From Candidatus Oxydemutatoraceae bacterium (lineage in GTDB: Bacteria; Pseudomonadota; Gammaproteobacteria; Poriferisulfidales; Oxydemutatoraceae): a stretch of DNA of 64,000 nt. The DNA lies in assembly GCA_965237985.1 (NCBI GenBank), contig OZ250161.1, positions 104,078 to 168,077 of the forward strand, read 5' to 3'. Below the pieces are notes generated by a model that had not been told where the DNA came from, made no database searches, and saw only the letters and a list, made by a program, of their open reading frames with translations. Positions 39,849-51,100 of the stretch are shown piece after piece (the first letter of the stretch is position 1; the number at the start of each line of letters is the position of its first letter). Both the position numbers and the translations under genes were made by a program.

Positions 39849-40529
39849 TTATTTCGCTTTGTCCGTGGCAGACTGGATCATGACTTTCATTGCGTTTATG
39901 GTTTTCTGGTAATCGGAAGAACCAAAAATTGCTGAACCGGCGACGAAAGTGTCAGCTCCTGCACTTTTGGCGGCGGCAACGTTTTCGGCATTGACTCCCC
40001 CGTCGACCTGTAGGCGGATTTGTCGTCCGCTGGCATCAATGCGGCAGCGTGCCTGTTCCAGTTTCTGGTACGCCAGCGGGAGGAATGTTTGTCCACCAAA
40101 GCCTGGATTGACTGACATCACTAAAATCATGTCTACTTTGTCGAGGACGTAATCCAGGCAGGAAAGTCCGCTCGCCGGGTTGAAAGCCAAGCCGTTTTTA
40201 CAACCACAATTACGGATCAGTTGGAGGCTTCGGTCCACGTGGTCGGTTGCTTCCGGGTGGAAGCTGATGTAATCGGCGCCGGCTTCAGCAAAGGCGGTGA
40301 TTAAACCGTCCACCGGTCGGGTCATGAGATGCACATCGATCGGGGCGTTGATGCCGTAATTCCGCAGGGCGCTGCAGACCATGGGGCCAAAACTCAAGTT
40401 GGGAACATAATGATTGTCCATGACATCAAAATGCACCATGTCGGCACCGGCATCGAGAACAGCAGACACTTCTTCTCCGAGTCGGGCAAAGTCCGCGGCG
40501 AGTATGGAGGGACAGATTTGGTCTTTCAT
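39849..40529 (-). CDS. rpe: Ribulose-phosphate 3-epimerase Rpe
   Basis: [21 protein letters not shown]...[17 protein letters not shown]. 226 aa. Confidence 0.9.
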   Translation of the reverse strand: MKDQICPSILAADFARLGEEVSAVLDAGADMVHFDVMDNHYVPNLSFGPMVCSALRNYGINAPIDVHLMTRPVDGLITAFAEAGADYISFHPEATDHVDRSLQLIRNCGCKNGLAFNPASGLSCLDYVLDKVDMILVMSVNPGFGGQTFLPLAYQKLEQARCRIDASGRQIRLQVDGGVNAENVAAAKSAGADTFVAGSAIFGSSDYQKTINAMKVMIQSATDKAK

Positions 40530-42975
40530 ATGCTGGGTGAGCCATTATCCACCGGTCGGGTCATGAGATGCACATCGATCGGGGCGTTGATGCCGTAATT
40601 CCGCAGGGTGCTGCAGACCATGGTGTCAACACTCAAGTTGGGAACAGAATGGGCACATCGTGTTGGTTCATGACATCAAAATGCACCACGTTTGCGCCGG
40701 CATCGAGAACAGCAGACACTTCTTCTCCGAGTCGGGCAAAGTCTGCGGCGAGTATGGAGGGACAGATTTGCTCTTTCATAAGCCGGGTGAGCCATTATCC
40801 ACGGCTCGGGTCATGAGATGCACATCGATCGGGGCGTTGATGCCGTAATTAAGGGCGCTGCAGACCATGGGGCCACAACTCAAGTTGGGAACATAATGAT
40901 TGTCCATGACATCAAAATGCACCATGTTTGCGCCGGCATCGAGAACAGCAGACACTTCTTCTCCGAGTCGGGCAAAGTCCGCGGCGAGCATGGAGGGGCA
41001 GATTTGCTCTTTCATATGCTGGGTGAGCCATTATCCACGGCTCGGGTCATGGGAGGCACATCTGGTCGGGGAGCTGATGCCGTAATTCCGCAGGGCGCTG
41101 CAGACCATGGGGCCACAACTCAAGTTGGGAACAGAACAGTTGTCCATGACATCAAAATGCATCCTGTCGCGTCGGCGCCGGCATCGAGAACAGCAGACAC
41201 TTCTTCTCCGAGTTGGGCAAAGTCCGCGGCGAGTATGGAGGGACAGATTTGCTCTTTCATATGCTGGGTGAGCCATTATCTACCGGTCGGGTCATGAGAT
41301 GCACATCGATCGGGGCGTTGATGCCGTAATCCCGCAGGGCGCTGCAGACCATGGGCTCAAAACTCAAGTTGGGAACAGAACAGTTGTCCATGACATCAAA
41401 ATGCACCATGTCGGCGCCGGCATCGAGAACAGCAGACACTTCTTCTCCGAGTCGGGCAAAGTCCGCGGCGAGTATGGAGGGACAGATTTGGTCTTTCATA
41501 TGCTGGGTGAGTAATTATCCACGGCTCGGGTCATGGGAGGCACATCTGGTCAGGGAGCTGATGCCGTAATTCCGCAGGGCGCTGCAGACCATGGGGCCAA
41601 AACTCAAGTTGGGAACATAATGATTGTCCATGACATCAAAATGCACCACGTTTGCGCCGGCATCGAGAACAGCAGACACTTCTTCTCCGAGTCGGGCAAA
41701 GTCTGCGGCGAGTATGGAGGGACAGATTTGCTCTTTCATAAGCCGGGTGAGCCATTATCCACGGCTCGGGTCATGAGATGCACATCGATCGGGGCGTTGA
41801 TGCCGTTATTCCATAGGGCTCTGCAGACCATGGGGCCAAAACTCAAGTTGGGAACATAATGATTGTCCATGACATCAAAACACACCATGTTTGCGCCGGC
41901 ATCGAGAACAGCAGACACTTCTTCTCCGAGTCGGGCAAAGTCCGCGGCGAGCATGGAGGGGCAGATTTGCTCTTTCATATGCTGGGTGAGCCATTATCCA
42001 CCGGTCGGGTCATGAGATGCACATCGATCGGGGCGTTGATGCCGTAATCCCGCAGGGCGCTGCAGACCATGGGCCCAAAACTCAAGTTGGGAACAGAACA
42101 GTTGTCCATGACATCAAAATACACCATGTCGGCGCCGGCATCGAGAACAGCAGACACTTCTTCTCCGAGTCGGGCAAAGTCTGCGGCGAGCATGGAGGGA
42201 CAGATTTGCTCTTCCATATGCTGGGTGAGCCATTATCCACGGCTCGGGTCATGGGAGGCACATCGATCGGGGCGTTGATGCCGTTATTCCATAGGGCGCT
42301 GCAGACCATGGGGCCAAAACTCAAGTTGGGAACATAATGATTGTCCATGACATCAAAATGCATCCTGTCGGCGCCGGCGCCGGCATCGAGAACAGCAGAC
42401 ACTTCTTCTCCGAGTCGGGCAAAGTCTGCGGCGAGCATGGAGGGACAGATTTGCTCTTTCATATGCTGGGTGAGCCATTATCCACGGGTCGGGTCATGAG
42501 AGGCACATCGATCGGGGCGTTGATGCCGTTATTCTGCAGGGTGCTGCAGACTGTGTGGGGTCAACACTCGGGTTGGGCGACAGAATGGGTACATCGTGCT
42601 GGTTCATGACATCAAAATGCATCCTGTCGCGTCGGCACCGGCATCGAGAACAGCAGACACTTCTTCTCCGAGTCGGGCAAAGTCCGCGGCGAGTATGGAG
42701 GGACAGATTTGCTCTTTCATATGCCGGGTGATCCATTATCCACGGCTCGGGTCATGGGAGGCACATCTGGTCGGGGCGTTGATGCCGTAATCCCGCAGGG
42801 CGCTGCAGACCATGGGGCCAAAACTCAAGTTGGGGATAGAATGGGTACATTGTGCTGGTTCATGACATCAAAATGCATCCTGTCGCGTCGGCGCCGGCAT
42901 CGAGAACAGCAGACACTTCTTCTCCGAGTCGGGCAAAGTCTGCGGGGGCAGAGAGGGACGGATTTGCTCTTTCAT
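40530..42975 (-). repeat. Tandem array of ten partial copies of the rpe 5' end (about 240 bp each; start codon plus first ~75 codons), head-to-tail directly upstream of intact rpe
   Basis: Minus-strand ATGs at 40779, 41015, 41276, 41499, 41739, 41978, 42217, 42462, 42720 and 42975 each begin MKEQ/DQICPS[IM][19 protein letters not shown]. Most end [13 protein letters not shown] with the TGA overlapping the next ATG. Confidence 0.9.
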
Positions 42976-43873
42976 TTTTGTTGTGTGTGGTCTGTCTCGC
43001 AGGGCTACGGTAATCCAGGCTGAGGGCGGGTTCGCTGACGACATGGTTTTGACTCAGTGTCGGGTCGGGGTGCAGATGTGGTCGGATATGTCCGACATGC
43101 CGGATAGAGGGTTCGTGTGGCGTGCGGCGATTATAGCGTGGGACAAGGAAACACTTTGATTTCTTATTTTGGTTTGTTGCGTCTGGTTCTGATGTTTTTG
43201 GGGTCGGCAATGGTGTTCTTGGCTCCAGACCCAGGGGCAGGGCTCATTCTGAAGTGGCCGGAGGTGTTTCTCACGTTGGTGGCACCGGTACTCGCCCCGC
43301 TTTTTTTTTAACACTTTTGCTGGATGCCTTGGTAACAAGATTGTTTTCAAGCGGCGCTTCCCGCGCGGAACGCCAGCGATTAAACCGTGTTCTGCTGGCT
43401 GATCTGGTGATTGCCATGCTGCTTCTGGTGGGGTGGGCCCCTTATTTCTCAGCTTTGGGTGATTTGTAGTGATGCAGCTGTCAGGAGCGTATCTTTTGTC
43501 GTGTCTGGAAAAACCAGAATGGCATGATGACAGTGACGGTCGGGAATACTCTTTGAAAAATACGTCACTGTAGCCCGACATCAGGATATGGGTGACATGG
43601 GACGTGTTTTGAACAGTCATGTCGGTGCTGCTCGGTCGCGAAAATCCAGTGATGCAGGAAGGTGTTTTTCCCGTTGGTACGGGATGCTTTTCAAGGGAGA
43701 GAGGCTTGTCAAAACGGTTAGGAAAAAGTTTATGCGGAAAGTCTCGAATGGCTGGTCCGGGAAACCGTTTGCCAGGGAGAACCAGCCGTCAGACAGCCTG
43801 AAAAACCAGATGTAGAAACGGTCGGGGAGGCCCTTCCGGTGGCGAAAAAAATCAGTCGCCGGTGCCGCCTGAT

Positions 43874-44851
43874 TCAGAGCTTGACAAGTATCCGACCGGT
43901 GACCTTGCCTTGCAGCAGCAGCTTTGCGGCCGGCAACACTGTATCGAGATCGATTTCCGAATGGCAGAACTGATCAAGATGGGTGGGATGCATGTCGTTG
44001 CCCAGCAAGGACCAGGTATGCTGGCGCAATGTCAGTGGGCAATTCGCCGAGCTCACCCCCAGCAGGTTGACGCCACGTAAAATAAACGGGTGTGTCGTCA
44101 AACACAGCATCGGGGATTGTGCAAGTCCGATGCTCACAACGTTGCCCCACGGTCTGGTGCATTTTACGGCGGTAGCCAGGGTGTCACCGCCCAGGTTGTC
44201 TACGGCTCCCGCCCAAAGAGATTTTCCAAGTAACTTTGGCGTCGCGTCGAGCGGCGGACGGATTCGTTTCGCGCCCAACCGGGTGAGAAATTCATGAGCC
44301 TGCGCTTTACGGGTGGCCGCCAGGCAGTCATAACCTTTTAAAGCCAGCAGATTCACTGCGAAACTTCCGACCCCACCACTGGCGCCCGTGACCAGGACTT
44401 CCCCTTGTTCGGGGGTTTGTCCATTTTTTTCCATTTTTCCAATGGCCAAGGCAGCAGTGAAGCCCGCTGTTCCGATCAACATGGCACTTCTGACATCCAG
44501 ACCTTCCGGCATTCCTACTACACATTCAGCTGGAAGCGTCGCGTAATCGGCAAAACCGCCATCGCGGGTTTCGCTGAGTCCGGTACCCTGTGCCAGCACC
44601 GCGTCACCGGCCCGGAAGTCTGCACTGTTGCTTTCGGTCACGAACCCGCCAAGGTCTATTCCCGCGGTCAGGGGGTAGTGGCGCAAAATCGTCGCTTCCC
44701 CCAAAACAGCTAAAGCATCCTTGTAATTGATCCCGGAATATGCCACCGAGATTTGCACTTCGTTTTTTCCTGGTGGTCGTAACGGGAGCTCTTCGATACG
44801 CGCGTTCCCCGCCCCCTCGTCATGGATACGCAACGCTCTGAAGCTGTTCAC
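43874..44851 (-). CDS. YhdH/AcuI-type NADPH-dependent oxidoreductase (MDR superfamily)
   Basis: GINYKDALA...LVTGASGGVGSFAVNLL. 325 aa. Confidence 0.75.
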   Translation of the reverse strand: MNSFRALRIHDEGAGNARIEELPLRPPGKNEVQISVAYSGINYKDALAVLGEATILRHYPLTAGIDLGGFVTESNSADFRAGDAVLAQGTGLSETRDGGFADYATLPAECVVGMPEGLDVRSAMLIGTAGFTAALAIGKMEKNGQTPEQGEVLVTGASGGVGSFAVNLLALKGYDCLAATRKAQAHEFLTRLGAKRIRPPLDATPKLLGKSLWAGAVDNLGGDTLATAVKCTRPWGNVVSIGLAQSPMLCLTTHPFILRGVNLLGVSSANCPLTLRQHTWSLLGNDMHPTHLDQFCHSEIDLDTVLPAAKLLLQGKVTGRILVKL

Positions 44852-44899
44852 GATTTTGTTGTCGGTACTCGGAAAAATGGGACAGCGTGTCGAAAATTT

Positions 44900-46093
44900 T
44901 CAACTCGCGCTAGCTTGTAAAGCATGACAATTCAAGTCGTCGTGCAGGCGACTGGCGATTTCGGAAATCTTCAGCGGGTCATTTCCCAGCAAACAAAAGT
45001 GTCCCATTTTTCTGCCGCACCGTGCTTCGTTTTTTCCGTACAGGTGCAATATCAGGTCGGCGCGTTTTTGCAACGGAGACCAGTCAGGGGCTTTGTTGTG
45101 CCACAGGTCGCCCAGCAGATTCATCATGACTACGGCGGGATGCATCATCTTTGCCCTCGCGATTTTAACCCCGGCCAGTATACGCACCTGTTGTTCAAAC
45201 TGTGAAACATTGCAGGCATCAATTGTGTAGTGGCCACTGTTGTGAGGACGCGGCGCGAATTCGTTGATCAGAAGCCGGTTTTTCCCGACAGCAAAAAATT
45301 CCACACCGAGAACGCCGCAGTAATCCAAAGCGTGAGCCAGTTTTTCAGCAAGCGACTGTGCTTCCTGGTGCAGCATTTTGGAGATGGGTGCCGGGACTGT
45401 GCTTTTGTGCAGGATGCCTGCCCGGTGCTCGTTTGCCGCTACCGGGTAGGAAAAGCTATTGTCTTGCGCATTGCGCACAACAATGACTGACAGTTCGTGT
45501 TTCAGAGGAACTTTTTCTTCAAGGACACAGGGTACGGAACCCAGAGCAAGAAACGCGTCGCGAGCCTGTTGGGGTGTCTCCACGAGCACCTGCCCTTTTC
45601 CGTCGTAGCCGCCGCGTGCTGTTTTTATGATGATGGGGGGTGCCAGTACGGCAAAATGCTGGGTAATTTCCACGATGTTGTCAAGCACTGCAAAATTGAC
45701 TGTGTCGAATCCTGTCGAGCGCAAGAAAGTTTTTTCGGCAATTCGGTCCTGGGCAATTTCCAAGACCTGCGAGGACGGGTGAAGCACCAATCTTTCGGAC
45801 AAAAACCGCGCCGTGGTTGCCGGAATATTCTCAAATTCCAGAGTGGCCGCGTCGCAGTGCTTTGCAAACTCCGACAGTGCGTCCAGATCGTCGTAGCGGG
45901 CACAGAAATGCCGTTCTGCTTTCCTTCCTGCCGGGCTGTTCGCCTGGTTGTCAAACACAGCTGTGCGATAGCCCATAGCCTGTGCCGCCGTTACAAACAT
46001 AAGGCCAAGTTGGCCGCCACCTAGAACGCCCAGAGTTGAGCCTGTCGGCAAAATCCGGGTTGGTCGGGCAGGACTTTTATCGGCTCCAGGCAC
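44900..46093 (-). CDS. purK: N5-carboxyaminoimidazole ribonucleotide synthase PurK
   Basis: ATP-grasp. LGVLGGGQLGLM N-terminus. Immediately upstream of purE. Confidence 0.9.
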   Translation of the reverse strand: MPGADKSPARPTRILPTGSTLGVLGGGQLGLMFVTAAQAMGYRTAVFDNQANSPAGRKAERHFCARYDDLDALSEFAKHCDAATLEFENIPATTARFLSERLVLHPSSQVLEIAQDRIAEKTFLRSTGFDTVNFAVLDNIVEITQHFAVLAPPIIIKTARGGYDGKGQVLVETPQQARDAFLALGSVPCVLEEKVPLKHELSVIVVRNAQDNSFSYPVAANEHRAGILHKSTVPAPISKMLHQEAQSLAEKLAHALDYCGVLGVEFFAVGKNRLLINEFAPRPHNSGHYTIDACNVSQFEQQVRILAGVKIARAKMMHPAVVMMNLLGDLWHNKAPDWSPLQKRADLILHLYGKNEARCGRKMGHFCLLGNDPLKISEIASRLHDDLNCHALQASAS

Positions 46094-46222
46094 AGCTGAG
46101 GGGTAGTTCAGGTTTATGTGTCGACTTCGTCTCGACGACGAAGGTGGTCAAGACCTGCGCACAGATTTCGTTCAGGAAAGCCTTCTCCCGGCTCTCGCCA
46201 AGTCAGTCCCACCGGCGCCGTC

Positions 46223-46711
46223 TCAGTCGGCAAGCGTGGAGTCGAGCACCGCCACCGTCATGGCTTCGCGAAATGCGGCTAACTTGCGGTGCAGCGATTC
46301 CGAGTGCGTCGCCAGCAAAGCACAAGCGAACAGGGCGGCGTTTTCCGCCCCTGCCGGACCAATAGCAAAAGTCGCGACCGGTACACCTCTGGGCATCTGC
46401 ACAATCGAGCACAGGGCATCCACTCCCTGCAACTGGCCACCAGTAACGGGCACGCCAAGCACGGGAAGCGGCGTCAGCGAGGCAATCATGCCCGGCAAAT
46501 GTGCCGCGCCGCCGGCACCGGCAATGATACATGTCAAACCGCGTTCTTTTGCGCTTTTTGCATACTCATACATCAGTGTTGGTGTGCGGTGTGCCGACAC
46601 GATTTTCTTCTCGTAGGGAATGGCGAAGCTGTCCAGGCGTTCAGCGGCGTGTCTCATGACTGGCCAGTCATTTTTGCTACCCATGAGGAGTCCGACGACT
46701 GGTTCTTTCAT
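46223..46711 (-). CDS. purE: N5-carboxyaminoimidazole ribonucleotide mutase PurE
   Basis: [14 protein letters not shown]...[14 protein letters not shown]. Confidence 0.9.
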   Translation of the reverse strand: MKEPVVGLLMGSKNDWPVMRHAAERLDSFAIPYEKKIVSAHRTPTLMYEYAKSAKERGLTCIIAGAGGAAHLPGMIASLTPLPVLGVPVTGGQLQGVDALCSIVQMPRGVPVATFAIGPAGAENAALFACALLATHSESLHRKLAAFREAMTVAVLDSTLAD

Positions 46712-47159
46712 GATTTTTCCAGGTTCCGGTTAAATATGCAGGGAATGGTTGCGTTCCGGTTATTCTGCCACATCTTCCGGCTCAGGTTCAGGTACTGGTA
46801 GGGCAGGGTGCCGGTAAGGGTGCAGTGGCAACCAGTTTTTCCGTCCAGATTACGTGTCATTAGAAAACGACCGGATGCTCGCACACGATCGATCGGGGAG
46901 GCATGACGAAGTTCCAGCAGGAAATGCCTGAGCTAAAAAGCAAGCATCTCAAATGGGATAAAACTGGCATGATCAGGTTGCTCAGCACCGACAGAAAATT
47001 TGACACAGAGATTCTGTAGGTTTAAAATACAGGAACTGGCTGGGTTCGTGGGCATTAGTCGGTGTTGTTGTATAGCAGCGGAGGGACTGCTGGCGTGCGA
47101 ATTATTGAACGATGCGGGTGCGAGAAGTGGCTGTGAGTGGTCATTCACTCTTGGGTGCT

Positions 47160-47314
47160 GCTGTGAGAAAAACAGCTGTGGCAAGCTGTCCCGGGTATGG
47201 GGCTGATGGCCCATGTTTCAATCAAAGCCGATAAAGGCTGTTTTTCGGATTGCCGGAGCATGGTGGAGCGTTCCTTGGCCGTGTTATGCATCCATGAGTT
47301 GAAAACTGGAGGTA
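47160..47314 (+). promoter_or_regulatory. Core of the conserved leader shared by all five paralogs (GAGAAAAACAGCTGTG(G/A)CAAGCTGTCC...GGAGGTAATGATGGCG) with SD GGAGG
   Basis: Near-identical copies end at 47314, 51100, 56095, 57129 and 61213. Paralog D retains only this ~155-bp core. Confidence 0.4.
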
Positions 47315-49180
47315 ATGATGGCGAATGAAATTAGTGGTCTGTTTGGGAAGTATGAGAGCACGTATACCACAGTTCAGAGTGGGGGAGCTCGCGAGGAGAT
47401 GAATGCCAAGGGGCAACGAAAGACGTCACGATACGAGTTGCGTGGTTTTGATGCTGATGGTCTCCGAATCAGCAAGCGTGGCGGCAATTTTCTTGACCGT
47501 GTCGTATGTTGGTTTGAAGAGCGTGTTTTTTCGCTTACGAGAAGTGGAACCCGTTCCTCGCTACGGCAAAAATCCAGCAATCAATTTGCTTCTGATGTTG
47601 CCGGAGCACTTCGAGAAATAGACCCGGATCTGGTTGCTGAGGGTAGAGATATCAAGGACCATGATTTGATGAAACAAATAGAATCTGTTCGGGTGCGGGA
47701 TTTGCCACTTCGGTCAGGCTTTGTTCGCGGTATTCTTCAGGAGGTTGCGACCTTGGCGCGGGGAGCAGGGCATGGAGGTGATCTGTCAGAGTTGGCCATA
47801 AAGGCTTTTCCCGTACAGGATGAAGAGCCAGAGCAACCGGCTGCCGCCCTGGAAGTGGCAGCGGATGCCCCAGACAATCGCGAAGACGGAGGGGTGACCC
47901 ACCCGAATCTATCTTTGCCCGATGCACTCAAGGGTGGGCAATATCGGCAGGAAGGTGATGGATATCGTACAGTCAACCCTGGTGACCAGAAAGTGGAAGT
48001 GGATGGGCAAGTCAGACACAACAGAGACAAAGGAATGCCCGGGCGGGCTCAATCTCCGCAAGATGCCCCCTGGGGTGGTGGTGTAAGTTTGGAAGATAGT
48101 CATAGTGATGGAAGCTTGGAAGATGGTTGTAGTATGGGCTTCGATGGTGATTTTTTAGTTGGGAATTCTCGAGCAATGCCGACTGGTCCAGTTGATGGGC
48201 AATTTAGCTTTAAGGATCTGAGTGAAGAAGCATTGCTCAAGGTGCTCCGCACCCCGGTGATGTCTAAAATAGTTATCCCAGAGCTGAATGCTCAGAATTT
48301 TTTTGAGAAGGAAGAGCGCTCTGCAGAGAGTGAAGCGGCAGCTGGAGAAATTGGCCGTTTTGTGACTACCCTAATTGTTGGTGGTTTTGGTCCTGTATAT
48401 GTACAAGAAGTTTTGGATAAACACCTGGATGAGGTGAGACAACTTAATCAGCAACAGGACAAACAGCCTAATGGGAAAGCGGAGCAAGCCAAAGCACTGA
48501 ATAAAGTAGTTGACTCACTCTTAACCATTGATGAGTTTATGATTGACGCGAGGCAGACCGTCCTAGAAGGAGCTAGCCGCTATCATCAGAAGGGAATAAC
48601 TGTCGAGCAGCAGGGGGAGGAAGGAGGTATGCCCGGCGCACACCAATTTTTTGCTACTCAGCAAGTGATGCAGAATTGGCCTTTTCCTTCTAATCCATTT
48701 GCGGAGGAATTTAGCTTTACGGATCTGGGGGATAACGAATTTCTTGCACAACTCGGCGAACACGTGAAGTCTGAAATAGTTGTCCCAGAGCTGCAAAGTC
48801 AGAATTTTTGGAAGGATGGGCATGGGGTAAATGAGAATAAAGCGAAGATCGTTGATGGAATCTCCGGGGCGGTGGCTGGTGAGATTGCTGTCGTTTCTCA
48901 AAGTGTTGAACAGATAAAACAGACTGCGAATGAGGCACTGGGAGTATTAAAACTGTCTGTTAAAACTGATGATACAGACCCGCCGTCTGATGAGCAACTG
49001 CAAGCCAAGGCGCTGAAGAGCGTAGTTCAACGATACCAAGCAGCGGATACTGAAGGCCGTTTGAAGGGGGTCGTCGTGCGGGAACTTGGCCATCATTTGG
49101 CACCACCAGACGGTGTGCGAGGTAAAAAGGAAGTGGGTGTAGTCGACGAAGACCTTCTTCCTGATGCTGGTTCTAGGTGA
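47315..49180 (+). CDS. Paralog A of the unknown repeat-protein family (621 aa); its 3' part degenerates into out-of-frame module fragments up to about 49940, where a truncated IS sits
   Basis: Conserved N-terminus MMANEISGLFGKY...RKTSRYELRGFD...ISKRGGNFLDRVVCWFE. Two F-S-F-x-D-L...PV-x-S-x-I-V-x-PEL modules. Further modules continue in other frames (49177..49437). Confidence 0.65.
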   Translation: MMANEISGLFGKYESTYTTVQSGGAREEMNAKGQRKTSRYELRGFDADGLRISKRGGNFLDRVVCWFEERVFSLTRSGTRSSLRQKSSNQFASDVAGALREIDPDLVAEGRDIKDHDLMKQIESVRVRDLPLRSGFVRGILQEVATLARGAGHGGDLSELAIKAFPVQDEEPEQPAAALEVAADAPDNREDGGVTHPNLSLPDALKGGQYRQEGDGYRTVNPGDQKVEVDGQVRHNRDKGMPGRAQSPQDAPWGGGVSLEDSHSDGSLEDGCSMGFDGDFLVGNSRAMPTGPVDGQFSFKDLSEEALLKVLRTPVMSKIVIPELNAQNFFEKEERSAESEAAAGEIGRFVTTLIVGGFGPVYVQEVLDKHLDEVRQLNQQQDKQPNGKAEQAKALNKVVDSLLTIDEFMIDARQTVLEGASRYHQKGITVEQQGEEGGMPGAHQFFATQQVMQNWPFPSNPFAEEFSFTDLGDNEFLAQLGEHVKSEIVVPELQSQNFWKDGHGVNENKAKIVDGISGAVAGEIAVVSQSVEQIKQTANEALGVLKLSVKTDDTDPPSDEQLQAKALKSVVQRYQAADTEGRLKGVVVRELGHHLAPPDGVRGKKEVGVVDEDLLPDAGSR

Positions 49181-49944
49181 GAAGTCCATCGGCAACTTTG
49201 GCGGATCTGAGCAATGAACGATTGTTTGAGAGACTCAGCGAACCGGTGAAGTCTGAAATGGTTATCCCGAAGCTGAAGGATCGGAATTATTGGGCGGAGG
49301 GTACACGTGATGAGGAAACGCGGGGAAAGATGGTTGATAGCATTGTCGATGAAGTGACTGAAAAGTTTGTTGCTGCTTTGGGAGATTTTCAAGCTCTAAG
49401 AGTTACTGCGAATGAAAAACTGGGATTATTAAATTAAGAATGAATATTGATGAACGAGACCCGCCTTCTGATGTGAAACTCCAAGCCGTGGCACTGGAGA
49501 CCGTCGTAAAAGAAGCTGCTGGCAACGACCAGCTGAACGAGGCCGTAACGATGATAATTAACCATCGTCTTAGGGAACCGGAACAAGACAATCCTGAAGA
49601 GAAAAATTTCGCTATCTAGGCAGCACCACAATACACTACGCCAGGCATGCAGCAAGCTGATGAAGTTCGTGCTACCCACCAAGGACGGAATGATGAGCAA
49701 TTATCTTTTCAAGAAATGTCTGCCAAAGGGTTTTTAAAAAGGCTCAGTGAGCATGTAGAAGTCCATTATGTTACTCCTGCACTTTAGGGGGTTGGTTATG
49801 GTTCGGAAAGGGAACGGATGAAAAAAGTAATGACGGTGAACGCAACTGTCTGGTTTGTCGTGAATATAAAGAATCGTCAGATTGCTGACATCCAGGCGCG
49901 AGCACAGGAAAGCTACAATGCAAAAGCCCGTTTCTACGATGCAA

Positions 49945-50528
49945 TATGAGAATTTCCTCTGGCGAATTCATTCTCACCATGATGAACTCTAAAGTGCTTC
50001 TTATAACCAAAATCTACTAAACCATTATACCCACGCCAGCCATCAGAATGAATAACACTATCTATACTTGTTTTACCTCTAATTATCTTGGTTAAAGTCG
50101 CTGCAGTGCAATCCGGAACAATCTCAGTATAAACTTTATCACCGCGTTTTAATAAACCAAATACTTTGGTTTTACCTTTGGCGCCACGACCACGCACACC
50201 TTTGACTCTTTTTGCCCCAAAGTAAGATTCATCAACTTCAATCTGTCCCACTACAATCTGTCCCACTACAATCTGTCCCACTAATAGGGCAGATTAGTTG
50301 GTTGAATCTCTGGCAACCTGCTTGCGAATTGCCTTTAAATATTGATTAATAGTTTGTCTACTTAACTTTGTTAATTATTGGATTTGAACGGCGTTCAAAT
50401 CCAAAGAAAAATAGCGAATAATTTCTCTAAATTTATGCTCAGGAATTCTTGAACGAATTACATATTTGTTTTTCATTGTCATAACAATACTTATCATGTT
50501 TTTAAACATGCTTAACTTGTCATGACCC
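49945..50528. mobile_element. 5'-truncated second copy of the IS1016-like element (missing ~185 bp of one end) carrying an internal 15-bp x3 repeat
   Basis: Colinear and near-identical to 3048-3604, ending in the same terminal repeat (GCTTAACTTGTCATGACCC). CAATCTGTCCCACTA is present three times at 50239-50283 versus once in copy 1. Confidence 0.75.
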
Positions 50529-51100
50529 CCGGTTAAATATGCAGGGAATGGTTGCGTTCCGGTTATTCTGCCACATCTTCCGGCTCAGGTTCAGGTACTG
50601 GTAGGGTAGGGTGCCGGTAAGGGTGCAGTGGCAACCAGTTTTTCCGTCCAGATTACGTGTCATTAGAAAACGACCGAATGCTCGCACACGATCGATCGGG
50701 GGGGCATGACGAAGTTCCAGCAGGAAATGCCTGAGCTAAAAAGCAAGCATCTCAAATGGGATAAAACTGGCATGCTCAGGTTGCTCAGCACCGACAGAAA
50801 ATTTGACACAGAGATTCTGTAGGTTTAGAATACAGGGACTGGCTGGGTTCGCGGCGGTGGTTCGTGGGCATTAGTCGGTGTTGTTGTATAGCAGCGGAGG
50901 GACTGCTGGCGTGCGAATTATTGAACGATGCGGGTGCGAGAAGTGGCTGTGAGAAAAACAGCTGTGACAAGCTGTCCCGGGTATGGGGCTGATGGCCCAT
51001 GTTTCAATCAAAGCCGATAAAGGCTGTTTTTCGGATTGCCGGAGCATGGTGGAGCGTTCCTTGGCCGTGTTATGCATCCATGAGTTGAAAACTGGAGGTA

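Noticed and set aside
43054-43620. 188-aa minus-strand ORF in the gap upstream of the rpe array
   Set aside because: The translation is low-complexity and basic (His, Pro and Arg-rich) with no start context. The gap is probably non-coding promoter or leader sequence.
46933-47214. 93-aa minus-strand ORF inside the paralog leader (copies at 50785..51000, 55711..56007 and 60832..61113)
   Set aside because: Indels between leader copies do not preserve its frame or length (71 to 98 aa with different N-termini). The leader therefore evolves as non-coding sequence.
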